From Octopus sinensis (Eukaryota), in NCBI RefSeq assembly GCF_006345805.1, contig NC_042998.1, positions 151,032,001 to 151,096,000 of the forward strand: a DNA stretch of 64,000 bases, in the 5' to 3' direction. How positions within the stretch are numbered: position 1 is the stretch's first letter; each line of letters starts with the position of its first letter. The translations under genes were made by a program, and so were the position numbers. Under the pieces are notes generated by a model. The model was given only the letters and a program-made list of their open reading frames with translations, was not told where the DNA came from and did not search any database. Positions 50,326 to 63,225 of the stretch are shown piece after piece.

Positions 50326-51462
50326 ATAGAGACGAAGATGGTGGAAGACAAGTTGTAACAACACTTGCTTGAATCGAACACCGGGTGTGCTCTAAACCTT
50401 GTCGTCGTCCTAATTACCACATTATCCAATTATTTATGTTATTTTTCTCTTCTTAATGCTTTTTTTCTCTTATTCTTGTAGTCTTTTTGACATTATTCTT
50501 GTAATTCTGGTTATATTTGTGATAACGTTTTGATTGTTGTTGTTGTTGTAGTCTTTATAACTTTATTGTTCTAATTCTGGTAAGAGTTTTCATAATGATC
50601 TTTTTTATTGTTACTGTGGAATTCTTGATTTTTTTATTGTTATTGTTGAATTCTTGTATCTCATTCTGTTTTGTTGCATTTTTTAAAATTTACTATTTAT
50701 GGTTATATTTATTTCTATATATCTGTCTGTCTGCTTACTATTCTCATTCTCTCTCTCTCTCTCTCTCTCCATATATATATATATATATATATATAATATC
50801 GTTGTTGTTATGGTAGTATTTATGGAATGTAAAAGGAAGTTCTTTATTTTTATTGCGGTTGGAACCTGGCTTTATGTGTTTTTTGTTGCTACTTTTGTAG
50901 TCGTCATTATTTTTGTTTTTTTTGTTTTTTATATATCTTTCTCTGTATTTCTGTTTTGAATGATGATGATGATTTAGCCGTTGTTCTTCGAACAAGTTTT
51001 CTTTGTTATTGTTGTTGTTATTTTTCAATAATTCTTATGTCCTTTGTGTTGTCGTTATTACTGGTGCAGTAGTACTCTTCTTGATAATGTTTGTGTTGAT
51101 TTTGTTGTTGTTGTCAATGTTCCCGTTAATATTGTTTTACTTTATCTTCTTTGATTCATTGTTTTGCTCTTGCAATTTCTGTTAATCTTATTGTCTTCTT
51201 CACGCTTTCCTTTCTATCTTTCTTCCTCACTTTTTCGTCTTTTTCTTCTTGTTATTATTTTTACAAGTCTTGCTGTTATTTTTGCTGCTGCTGTTGTGGT
51301 GGTTGCTGTTCTCATTTTAATTGCATTTTACGATTTTTTTGTATTTATTTATTGGGATTATATTTCATTTCTTTTATTGTTGATATATTCTTTTCTCTTA
51401 TTTTTGTTGTTATTGTTGTTCCATCACCATTAGTACACTCCTCACATCGATGACGACGACGA

Positions 51463-51525
<63 letters not shown>

Positions 51526-52127
51526 AATATATTATATAAACATATATGGATAGATAGATACACACACACATACAGTCTGATGAAGGTGAGAAAACCGGTC
51601 GTTCGAAGTTACTGTCATCTTTCGGTTTTTTTGTGTGTGAAAGTATATAAACATATACTCAACTAAAACGTATAGAGTAATCTTCAGTTTAATGCTAAAT
51701 TAATGTAAGTGCGCGTGAAATATTTAAATACCTGGTAATAGTTCTAACTATCTACCAGTATTATTAACTTTTATAATTTTCTTCGTTTCAGTTTTTAAAA
51801 ATATTTAGAACATTTATATGTACATTATCCAATACTTCTGGAAAACTATACTACTCACTCTCTCTGTCTCTCTCTGTCTCTCTCTCTGTCTCTCTCTCTC
51901 TGTCTCTCTCTCTCTCTCTCTGTATATATTTGTGTGAATATGAACATAAGATAAATGGACATAAATAAAGAACAGTAATAAACGAGTGAAGAACGAATAT
52001 ACAGTGCGTGTGTTCATTTGACAAAAAGAAATTAACCCGAAATATAACAATATATATATATATATATACATATGTAGGTCCCGGGTTGATTCGGGGTTAA
52101 CCACAGTAAATAAGGTACTCAATACAT

Positions 52128-52178
52128 AGCTTCCTGAAGATTTCTCTTGAATGAAACAGTTCTAGTCCTGTAGAAGCT
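52128..52178 (+). ncRNA. Type I hammerhead ribozyme, second copy of the 23037 family
   Basis: AGCUUC-CUGAAGA-UUUC(UCUU)GAAU-GAAACAG(UUCUAGUC)CUGUA-GAAGCU. Differences are confined to N7 and loop II. Confidence 0.8.
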
Positions 52179-52218
52179 CCTTCTATATAATAAATTAATA
52201 TATATATATACATATATA

Positions 52219-53218
52219 TTAGGGTGATGCAAAATAACTTACCATTTCAAAAACTTGAAGACACCCTCTAATTTTATTTAATTCAGTGCAAAAACGCAAC
52301 ATGTAACATTTCAGCGCAATTGAAGACATTTTAGAGGTTGCTACCATCCACTGAACATTTTGTATATTATTATTTTTTAGTTTGTATTTATTGTACATTT
52401 CTGTCTCCTTGCCATCTTCTACTGGCCCTGACACACAACTGTTTAAGAGATTCAAAGCTAAGTGGGTGGAAATTGACAAGAACAAGTACCAAACACCACC
52501 AGATGACCCTAACATTGCAGTGAAAATCTCAGATGCTGAAGGAATCATTCAATTTGCTCAAGCCCAGCTTGATGAATAGCAGCATCGTGATGACTACAAG
52601 GAATTGCTCGACTAACGCTCATTTTTCTCAGTAGTACCCCCAAAATCAGGAATCAGCTTGAAAGCACCCGGAGCTTATCACAGAACATGATGGATGGCCA
52701 AACATTAAAATTTGGATGTTTAAATCTCAGTTTAAACTGAGAGGGAGGAAAAAAGACTGAGAGGTTTGCTGCTTTTCAGCTGCGATATACATCAGATCAT
52801 GGTACCTGGCATCCATTTCTTCATGCGTCTCCCGTTTAGATTTGCAAAGTCTACTGCTCTATACGCAAAAGGGTGACAAGTGCTGCACTCAATAGGTTTT
52901 TGAAACATGTGTGGTACCTCTCTGACGAGCTTGTGACGTTTGCATTTTTTTATTCAGCTTTTTCGTATGAGACAATAAACGAAATGAAGTATGCTCTGCA
53001 AAAACCAGTTGACTCAAAACCGAGAAAATGAGCATCAATAAATCCTGAATCAGCTAGGCAGAAACAACTGCAGGATTTCGTTACTACCAACGCAAAAAGA
53101 TTCTTGGAAATCCTAGAGGTACCTTGCACTTTTCTTGAAAAAGATGCTGAAGAATAGAATGATGATAAAAATTATGTGAATGCAAGAGATATCACATATG
53201 GACTCAAAGTGGTAAATG
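52219..53218 (+). mobile_element. Internally deleted, degenerate DNA transposon, hATm-like
   Basis: TTAGGGTG terminus. Fragments GPDTQLFKRFK..W, HRDDYKELL, APGAYHR..WMAK, HVWYLSDELV and LKVVN. The right end is replaced by a SINE. Confidence 0.6.
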
Positions 53219-53392
53219 TATAAATATACGGTAGGCTTCTTTCAGTTTCCGTCAACCAAATCCACTCACAAGGCTTTGGTCTGCCTGAAGCTATAGTAGA
53301 AAACACGTACCCGAGATTCCATGCAGTGGGACTGAACCCAGAACCATGTGATTGGGAAGCAAGCTTCTTACTACATAGCCACGCCTCTGTGT

Positions 53393-53448
<56 letters not shown>

Positions 53449-53484
53449 TATGTGTGTGAATGTGCATTGCTTACTATCACTAAT

Positions 53485-53930
53485 TGGTATCAGCGGATCA
53501 CAAATTATGGCCGTCGAGAATCAAGCCATTAGAACGAATTTGATAAAGACAAAAATTGATGAGACTCAAAGAACAAACGCATATTCTGTGGAAACGGAGT
53601 CGAAAGTATTAACCATCTTTTGAGTTAATGCAGTAAGCGTGCACAAAAGCGGTATAAGCGTTGGCGTAAATGTGATAGTAAAAGAGTGCATTAGGATGTT
53701 AGCTGAGTGTGCAACTTCTACAGAACTGGTATGAGCAAGAACAAAAGGCTGTGATGGTGAATGATAACTTTAGAATTTTATGGGATCTTTTCATAAAGAG
53801 TGACCATACTTTTGAAGCAAGATGACCGGATATGGTTATAGAGGACCAGAGAAACAGTGTAAGACCATAGACTTCGCATTACTCTATGATAACAGATTGA
53901 ATACCAAAGAAATTGAAAAAGTTGAGAAAT
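53485..53930 (+). mobile_element. Degenerate R4/Dong 3' fragment (CCHC to REL region)
   Basis: IMAVENQAIRTN..KID, CG..VESINHLLS.C, ILWD, and PDMVI-like remnants. Confidence 0.6.
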
Positions 53931-56149
53931 TCTATAAATTTGTATGACACAAATGAAGGATAAATTTGATTGATAAATTTTTCTGATACAAAGATATATA
54001 TATATATAAATGATAGCTAAGATATATTTGCGCGATGCAGTTGTGTGATATATTTGTATGATTGATTGTATGATATATAGCTTGCTATGATATATTCATA
54101 TGATACAATTATATCATGTATTTGTATGCTTTATTTGTGTGATATATTTGTTTGAGGTGGATTGCTTTTGTTTGATGGTTTTTTTTGTGGAATTTATGGA
54201 TTCGGTGAGAAGACGGAAAAAAATAAACTACCAAAAATATATAAAGCCGCTCCCACCCCGCCAAAAATCGGAAAGAGAAACGAAGTCAATGAAAATGAAG
54301 TAATGGATAAGAAAAGGAAGTATATCCCTTTCTTCAAAATTGCATTTCTAAGGTGGAAAATAATCTCAAAGATAAACGAAAAGTACTGCTAGCATTTCTG
54401 AAACAGCAACAACAATAACTGCAAGACTGTGAAAAAAAAAAAGGTCAGGTGTTAAAAGCGGTTGTTGTAAGGTATTCGCAAATGAGATTCTTTGGCTCTC
54501 AGTCAGAGTAGACCTGTAATTAAAAGGTATTCCAGACGTGACTATCCTATCTTATTTCAGAAATTGGATAACCTAGACAATGTAATCTTAAGTGTCTGTT
54601 TTATAGTGACGAGTGAGGGGAAGGGATTTGAGGAAGAATTGTCCAATAGCGCAAACAGTTCTCGCATATCATTGTATATTACTGCGTAGTCGTTGATGTT
54701 GTCGTCTAAGTGAGTGTGTGGAGAGATGTGTGTGTACATTCAGATCCCCACCCCAATATGTGATTGATCCCAGTTGAAAATATTTGTTGGTAAATTGTTT
54801 TAATGCTTTATCATGTTGTGACAAAGGGAGCGGGGAGACTTGTTGCAGAAAATTCCGGGAAACAGAATGAACGAATGGAATGAACACCCTTTCGATTAAA
54901 AACGACAGTTTTCTTTCGTTGGATCAATGGCAACAGCAAAACAACAACCATCACGTGACCACAACAATCAGGAACAACAATAACAACAACGCATCCGCTA
55001 TCAAGGGCATCAACAGGAGCAAAATTGAGAGAAAGATTTACCCAATTTACCCAAATTTACCCAAAATGCCTAGCCGCATTTTTACAAAATCTTTACGTTC
55101 CGCGTTCAAATTCCGCCAAAGTCGACTTTGCCTTTATCTTTTCTGGGTCAATAAAAATAAATGCCAATCGGGCACTGCGGTCGATGTAATCGACTCGCCC
55201 GAACCCAGCAAAATCTCAGGCCTTCTGTTTATAGTAGAAAGGATCGACATCAGCATCATCATCATCTGTATATATAAAAGGTAGGATGTGTGTGTGTGCG
55301 TGTGTGTGTACGTGAATGTAATTTATGTACGACCACAAATTAGCACGCAAGTCGCTCCAATTTTAGGAGGACATCCGTCATGATCCTAGCTGTATTTTCG
55401 TCAACATATTTCCCCCAGAGGTACCAGCGAATAGCAATAAAAATAAATTTTCCACCAGAACTTTTAACAATTTTAAAGTCGGAGAAATCACCATTGTTTA
55501 AGTCCCCTTCTAGCGACGAGTAAGTTTCTGTTAAGACTTTTGTTGTTATTTTTTTCCATCGAGGAAAAAAGTGTTTTGTTGATATACGGGCAACACACAC
55601 ACTTACACACACGAACATGTATGCGTACAAAAGACATGTATGCAATAGGTGTACGTACGTACGTACGTGTGTGTATGTGTGTGTGTGTGAGTGTGTGTTG
55701 CCCATAATATATATATATATATATATATATACTTAAGAGTTGGCTGTGATCTGAACATAACTGCTTCTGACACAGAGAAGCGGGAGCCATTTTGAGCATT
55801 CTATTTTCCTTGCTTGAAGGGTTCCCAAACCATAGGTAAATGAGGGTTAGATGATGGGGGTCATGTTTTCAAAGGGCTGGCATGTGCAACCTGATCACCT
55901 CTGCCGATCAAACTCCCGACTCACGCGTTCCCCTCGCGATACTGATTCTGCAGAACTGGGTTGGGTGTGAAAACCAACTTTAAAGTATAAATATAGATGT
56001 TTTTAAATCAGCAATATTGTGTTCGGTTAAGTCCTATTTGGGGTGAAAAATCAATAAACTGATTCTTTATGGGGTTTTTCATTTAATCAGGATAAAAAAA
56101 AAATCGATACACCGATTCCTTAAAGGATTTCTCAATAAAATTGGCTATA

Positions 56150-57950
56150 CCCCATGTGGGATCATAACGTACGCCTTAAGATAGTAGATCTATGACACGG
56201 CCAAGTTACTTTTCCTCTTCTTGCATCTCTAAGTACAGTTTTGTCTATCAAGAGTGATCCTTGGTATCTCTGCACTTACTTTTGCAACCCTTCTGCTCAT
56301 GTGGTAGGACTCCATTTTTCCAGATGTTCGTACATTGACTCTGCAAGTATTCCAGACAATAACTTCCACATAAGAGGCAAACAGGATATCGGCCTCTAAT
56401 TGTCTACCGTATTGCATTTTTCGATGTTTTTCAGGCACAGCGCTGTCCCACCCAATGTTAACCACGTTGGTTTTCCTTGGTCGGCATTTAATAAGATATT
56501 GAGTTGAGCAGCGATTCGTGCATGACATTCACCAAATCTTTTGATCCAGTAGCCTTGAACTCCATCTTGTCCCGGGCCTTGCAATTGCTTTTTTTTTTTT
56601 TTGCTGATTTCCTTCACTTCTCTAACTGAATTGACTAGTTCTGCTTGTTTTGGACAGACTACTGTTTGTTTCAGTTCTTGCAACCATTCAGTATCCTTCT
56701 TGTGCTCCTTGTATTTGCTTCAGATGTCACTCCAAAACCATTAACTTTCAATGTTATCAGGTATCAACTTTTCCTCTGTACGCTTTCCATTTATTTCTTT
56801 ATAGAATCTCTTCTGATCTACTCTAAATAACATATTCAGGTGGTAACCCTTCATTCTTTGGTCATATCTTACCATTTTTGCTTTCTTTACTACGAGGTAC
56901 TGTTTCAGTTCCTCCACTACTACTTTCAGGCCCTTTCTTTCAGTATTATACTTCCTTTTCAGCGCCCTGTATTTTTGTTCGCTTTTAAGCTCCCCTTTCT
57001 CTTTTCGGTCTAACACAGAGATTTCCTTCGAGGGCATGTCTAACCCTGCCTGGATTCTTCTTTTCCACCATGGATCTTTTCTTTTGCCACTCCCATTGTT
57101 TCTTTTTCTTGACATTCACAACCACGTTTTCTGCTACAACAATACTTGCTGCCTTGATCAAATTGTTTGTTTCTGTGATGTTGTTTGTTCTGATATATTT
57201 CAAAATTTCATTGACATTTTTCGCTTCTTGGTTCAATTTCCATCGATCAACTTTTTTAAGGTTGCAAATAATGTCACTATCGTTCTCTTGTAGTCTTGCC
57301 TTTATTCTGTCAAAGATTGCCTTTTGTTCATCTGGCATGTCGCCATTAGTTTTTTTGTCTTCTTTTAGAACATCTATGTGTCTCATCAAGTAAACTGCCA
57401 CTGCTCTTTTCCTGTGCTGTGGGATTACTCTTATTAGTAAGCACTGTATTTTCATTGTTATCTTTGCTGTTATTTTCCATGACCCATCTTTTGATAGATT
57501 CTGTGAACCAACATTTCTTTCTTATTGCTCCAGCTTGATCACAGTCTCTGTTCCGTGAGTTAAAACAATCCCTTTTCTCTCCAATGATCATACATACGTT
57601 GTCGGTAACCCCCTAATTTGAGCACCAATTTCATCTACCGGGCTGCTCAAGTAGTAACACTCCATGACCACAGCATTAATTTACCCGCTCCATCTACGCC
57701 GTGTGTGGTGGTCCCTTTCTGGATATCGACAGGCTGGAGCCGGACCAGAATCTCTGAGCCTGCAGAGTGCAATACTATCACCATCAATGGCTTCAGTTTC
57801 ATTACCACCGTTATTCACAATATTTTGTTTTTTCATTGCCACTCATATGAGGTAGCGATTATCAGGTTGCGCAATTACCAGTGTTTTTATTGTGACACCA
57901 TCACTAGATGTATCATTAATCTGCTCATGAGGAGGAGGAGGCTCCACCCG
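56150..57950 (-). mobile_element. R4/Dong-clade retrotransposon, 5' half, degenerate
   Basis: [81 protein letters not shown]. The 5' end abuts (TAA)n. Confidence 0.88.
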
Positions 57951-57976
57951 TTATTATTATTATTATTATTATTATT

Positions 57977-58505
57977 GAGTGAGCGAGCAGAGCATGCCAT
58001 CAAAGTGACACTGGGGTAAAATATACGAAGCCCAGTATACCCATCATGACTACCCGTCCGATAAGGGTACACCAGGCACATGCATCACAACCATATGTGC
58101 GCGACATGGTGATCTCATATCAAGATAAACAGCACATGACCTTGCAGGTGGAGCCCAGTTAGAATTTTCTTCAGATCGAGTAACCCATCCCGCTCAAAAG
58201 GTCCCTGAATAAGTGTTGTTTAAGGACGTTGAACGAAACACCTATGTTTCCAGAGGTGAATTATTCAAACCCCAAAGAATCCTTCTCAACACATGGCTAT
58301 GATGCTCCCCCACTACTTCTGCTCGTGATCAGAGATGCACATATCGTCAGCCACTAAGGGGCATGCTCAACTGGTTAAGGTCAAACAACTGACAAGCAAA
58401 TCTATGGTATTGAGCAGAATATTTGCTGTAGCCCATCTTTTATACCAAGACAAAACAATGTACATGATAACACTTCCAATCAGTTAAGATCAGAAGCCAT
58501 GAGAG

Positions 58506-58506
<1 letters not shown>
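57977..58506 (-). mobile_element. Second copy of the (TAA)n-embedded non-coding repeat
   Basis: Collinear with 12126-12567. (TTA)n on both sides. Confidence 0.6.
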
Positions 58507-58575
<69 letters not shown>

Positions 58576-58579
<4 letters not shown>

Positions 58580-58955
58580 TAGTTTTATTTTTTATAGCGT
58601 GCTTTCACTTCACTACCGAGCGCAGCTCTGTGTGCCTTGGGTATGTGCTGTGGTTTGTTGTGATGCTCTGATGGTTATTGTATGGAAAGTGTTCTGCGTA
58701 GGATGTGTGCAGTGCCTAGTAGTGCAATTTTCTGTATGTTATATGTGTTTGTAAGTCCTGGTGTTTTTGTTATGTATTTGTCTGAATATTTTTTTATCAT
58801 GCCTAATGCACCTACTATGATAGGAATTGTTTCTGTTTTTAGATTCCACATTCTGGTTACCTCTATTTCCAGGTCTTTGTATTTTGAAAGTTTCTCCATT
58901 TCTTTTAGAGACACGTTGTCATCTGCCGGTATTGATACATCAATTAGAAAGCATT
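58576..58955 (-). mobile_element. 5'-truncated R4/Dong 3' end (REL endonuclease C-terminus + 3' UTR) in (TAA)n
   Basis: CFLIDVSIP.D.NVSLKEMEKLSKYKDLEIEVTRMW..IPIIVGALG..IQKIALLGTAHILRRTL*. (TAA)n on both flanks. Confidence 0.9.
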
Positions 58956-58966
58956 TATTATTATTA

Positions 58967-59016
<50 letters not shown>

Positions 59017-59024
59017 TATTAAAG

Positions 59025-59312
59025 CTGCCAGCTGGCTGACTCATTAGCAAGCCGGGCAAAATGCTTAGCGGCATTTCATCCGTCTTTACGTTCTGAGTTC
59101 AAATTCTGCTGCTGTCGACTTTGCCTTTCATCTTTCCGGGGTTGATACAATAAATACCCGTTGAACACAGGGGTCGATGTAATTAACTTATCCCCACCCC
59201 GATCTGGCTGGGCTTGAGCCAAATTTTGAAATTATTATTATTACTATTATTTCTAATCGACTATCCTCCTCCCACAAAATTTCAGGCCTTGCGCCTATTG
59301 AAGAAAGGATTT
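59025..59312 (+). mobile_element. SINE family B copy
   Basis: agctggc..attagca.gccgggcaaaatgcttagcggcatttc..gagttcaaattc head and atttcaggccttgcgcct..gaaaggatt tail. Confidence 0.75.
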
Positions 59313-59333
59313 TTATTATTATCATTGTCATCG

Positions 59334-59365
<32 letters not shown>

Positions 59366-59432
59366 ATGTCTTTATTTCTGAAATACGTACAAAATGTTGC
59401 TGTCGTATTCGGTATGGCAATTTATATATCTT

Positions 59433-59463
<31 letters not shown>

Positions 59464-59932
59464 TTCGTTGTAGTAGTTGTTGTTATTTGATCTCTTATCA
59501 ACAAACACATCACGAACCACGAAACTTCAAAATGTTTACGTGACAAGAACAGCAACAACAACAACAACAAAAACAACAATGTTTCGTCAATCACCACAGC
59601 GACCACCACTACCGCTACAACTAACATCATCGACGACAACACATGGTAAAGTTGGTTCCTGTAAAAAAAAAGACAAAGAAAAAACAAAACAAGACAGCGA
59701 ATATATTTAACACTTTGAGTTTCAACAACATAGTTCATACGTTTCAGCTAAACAACACTACCATTAACATTATCACCACAAGCACTACCACCAATACTAT
59801 CACCAACACTTTGACTGCGGCTAATACAATAGTCCACAAAACCAATGTAACTGTATTCGACCGCCATTGCATTTCCATCAACACCAATATCACCGCCGTC
59901 TCTGTCAAGCCTTCTATCAAGCAAGAAACGTT

Positions 59933-61250
59933 ACCACAACCACCACCACCACCACCACCACCACCATCACCACCACCACCATCACCAACACCACCACCAT
60001 CACCATACCACCACCACCACCACCACCACCACCACCACCACCACCATCACCACCACCACCACCATCACCACCACCACCACCAAAACCACCACCGCCACCA
60101 CAACCACCACCATCACCACCAACATCACCACCACCACCACCACCACAACCATCACCACCAACGTCACCACCACCACCATCACCACCATCACCATCACCAC
60201 CACACCACCACCACCATCACCACCACCACCACCACTACCACCAAAACCACCACCACCATAACCACCCCACCACCACCACCACCACCACCACAACCACCAC
60301 CATCACCACCATCACCACCACCATCACCACCACCATCACCAAAACCACCACCACCACCACAGCCACCACCATCACCACCAACATCACCATCACCACCACC
60401 ACCATCACCACCACAACCATCACCATCACCACCACCACCACCACCACCACCACCACCACCATCACCACCATCACCACCACCATCACCACCACCACCACCA
60501 AAACCACCACCACCACCACAACCACCACCATCACCACCACCAAAACCACCACCACCATCACCACCATCACCACCACCATCACCACCACCACCACCTAAAC
60601 CACCACCACCACCACAACCACCACCATCACCACCAACATCACCACCATCACCACCACCACCATCACCACCACCACCACAAAACCACCACCACCACCACAA
60701 CCACCACTATCACCACCAACATCACCACCACCACCACCACCACCACCACCACCACCAACACAACCACCACCACAACTACCACCATCACCACCAACATCAC
60801 CACCATCACCACCACCACCATCACCATCACCACCACCAACATCACCACCATCACCACCATCACCACCACCACCATCACCACCATCACCACCACCATCACC
60901 ACCATCACCACCGCCACAACCACCACCATCACCACCAACGTCACCACAACCAACGTCACCACCACCACCATCACCACCACCACCATCACCACCATCACCA
61001 CCACCACCATCACCACCATCACCACCACCACCATCACCACCACCACCACCAAAACCACCACCACCACCACAACCACCACTATCACCACCAACATCACCCC
61101 CCCCCCCCCTCCACCCCCCTCCACCCCCCTCCACCCCAACCCCTCCACCCCCACAACCACCACCATCACCACCACCATCACCACCACCATCACCATCACC
61201 ACCACCACCACCACAACTACTATCACCCCCATCACCACCACCACCACCAT
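59933..61250. repeat. ~1.3 kb compound (CCA/CAT/CAA)n microsatellite
   Basis: Read directly from the sequence. It generates the long poly-P/H/T and poly-G/V ORFs. Confidence 0.95.
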
Positions 61251-61519
61251 ACAATCCCCACCTCATCCCTATCAATTCCATCACTGCTACCACTCAACAC
61301 CACCACCACCACTACAGACCGCCTTCATTTATCACACTACAGCACATCACGCCATCACAACGCTACACCACAATAATCATTCAACACTACATCCGTTACT
61401 ATAGCAACACTCAACAATACCATGACAACCACCATCAACGCCACCACTGCTGTTATTTTCAATGTCACAAACAGTACAGTCGTCACCAGCACCCCCATCA
61501 CCACCACCACCGCCACCAA

Positions 61520-61580
<61 letters not shown>

Positions 61581-62148
61581 GAGACAAAACGTTATATCAT
61601 TCCCCACTACCACTTCTACCACCAACCACCACAAACAACAACACTATAACTATGTACTACCCAACATTTCCCTCCACCACTGCAACAAGAACCTATACAA
61701 TCACCAATTAGTATGGAAACCACAAGCGCGACCTACACACACACACACACACACACATTCTACTCTCTCCGCCGTCGACCCCAGCACCATCACCATCGCC
61801 ACCAGCACAAATTCCCACCGCTACAAACACGAAACCACAATCAACATCGCCATCTGCACCCCACCAATCTTATCCCCATCTCCACCACTATGACTACCAT
61901 TATCTACTCCACCATCAATATCACTAGCTCCTTCATCTTATTTTACTTCCACCACTACCACCACCATAGCTATCTCCGTCATCACCCACCAACCCCATCT
62001 TTACCATCAATGTATTCCATCTATTACTGGAAGCAGACTGCCAGAAAAAATTAAGTTCAGTTCTGCATCACCAAACACTCAAGTTGGTTTCACCGTGGGC
62101 TCCTGCAGTACTTCACACTATATACACCCACTCATGTACGCACATTTG

Positions 62149-62210
<62 letters not shown>

Positions 62211-62936
62211 GCATACATATATATACTTGCGTATACAAATGAGCACAAATATATCCACACATTACACATACACACATGCGTGTGTGTGTGTATAAAGCGG
62301 AAGAGAGAGAAAGAGAGAAGGTGTAAGAAAGAGTGGGGGAGAGACGGAAATGATGGCTCTTGTGATTGCATAGACGAATTTAGATACACACATAAACATA
62401 AAAGCGCGCTCACACACACGCGCATACATCATCGCTGACGCATATAACAGGCATACACACATACATACACACACAAACACACGCGCACACACAAACACAC
62501 GCACACACACACACACATACTCACACACACACACACATACACACACACACACATATACATGCATGTCTCTGTGTGTATATGCAAACAAATAGAAACTTAT
62601 GACTACATATATATTTTTTTATCTTCAATCTATCTATCGTTCTGCTTATCTGTGGAGACATATTTTGTGTATATTGGAAATTTATGTTTGTCTGCTGTCT
62701 GTCTGTCTGACAGTTGTCTGTCTGTCGAATCATTGTCAGTCTGTATGTATGGTTGTATGCATATCTTTATGTATGTATGTATGTTGGTATGTATGCATAT
62801 ATTACACGTATGGGCATTGTGTTAGACATTTCAAAATATGAACTGTTTGATTGAAAAAAACATTGTAGTATGTAAGGGTTATTTTACATAACTACCAGAA
62901 TGCATTCAAATTTCAACGTTTGGTTTTACTTTTTCA

Positions 62937-62992
<56 letters not shown>

Positions 62993-63174
62993 CTGCAATG
63001 TAGCCTGTCTTACTTTTTTTAAAACAATTTAACACACCAAGAATACAAGAATGGAATGCTTAACTAACCTTGGGTCGAAAAATTCTGGTCAGGGTATTTG
63101 CATTAAAGCACACCACGCAATACAGAGTTTTATATATATATTATATATATATTATATATATATATATATATATA

Positions 63175-63205
<31 letters not shown>

Positions 63206-63225
63206 GAAACTGAAATGCGTTTTTA

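Noticed and set aside
51575-51650. CUGAUGA followed by a hairpin and GAAAG
   Set aside because: Stems I and III cannot be formed. Insufficient support.
59643-61376. 577-aa Pro/His/Thr-rich ORF resembling an extensin or His-rich protein
   Set aside because: It is a stop-free (CCA)n microsatellite that is open in most frames on both strands, drifts between poly-P, poly-H and poly-T, and contains no domain.
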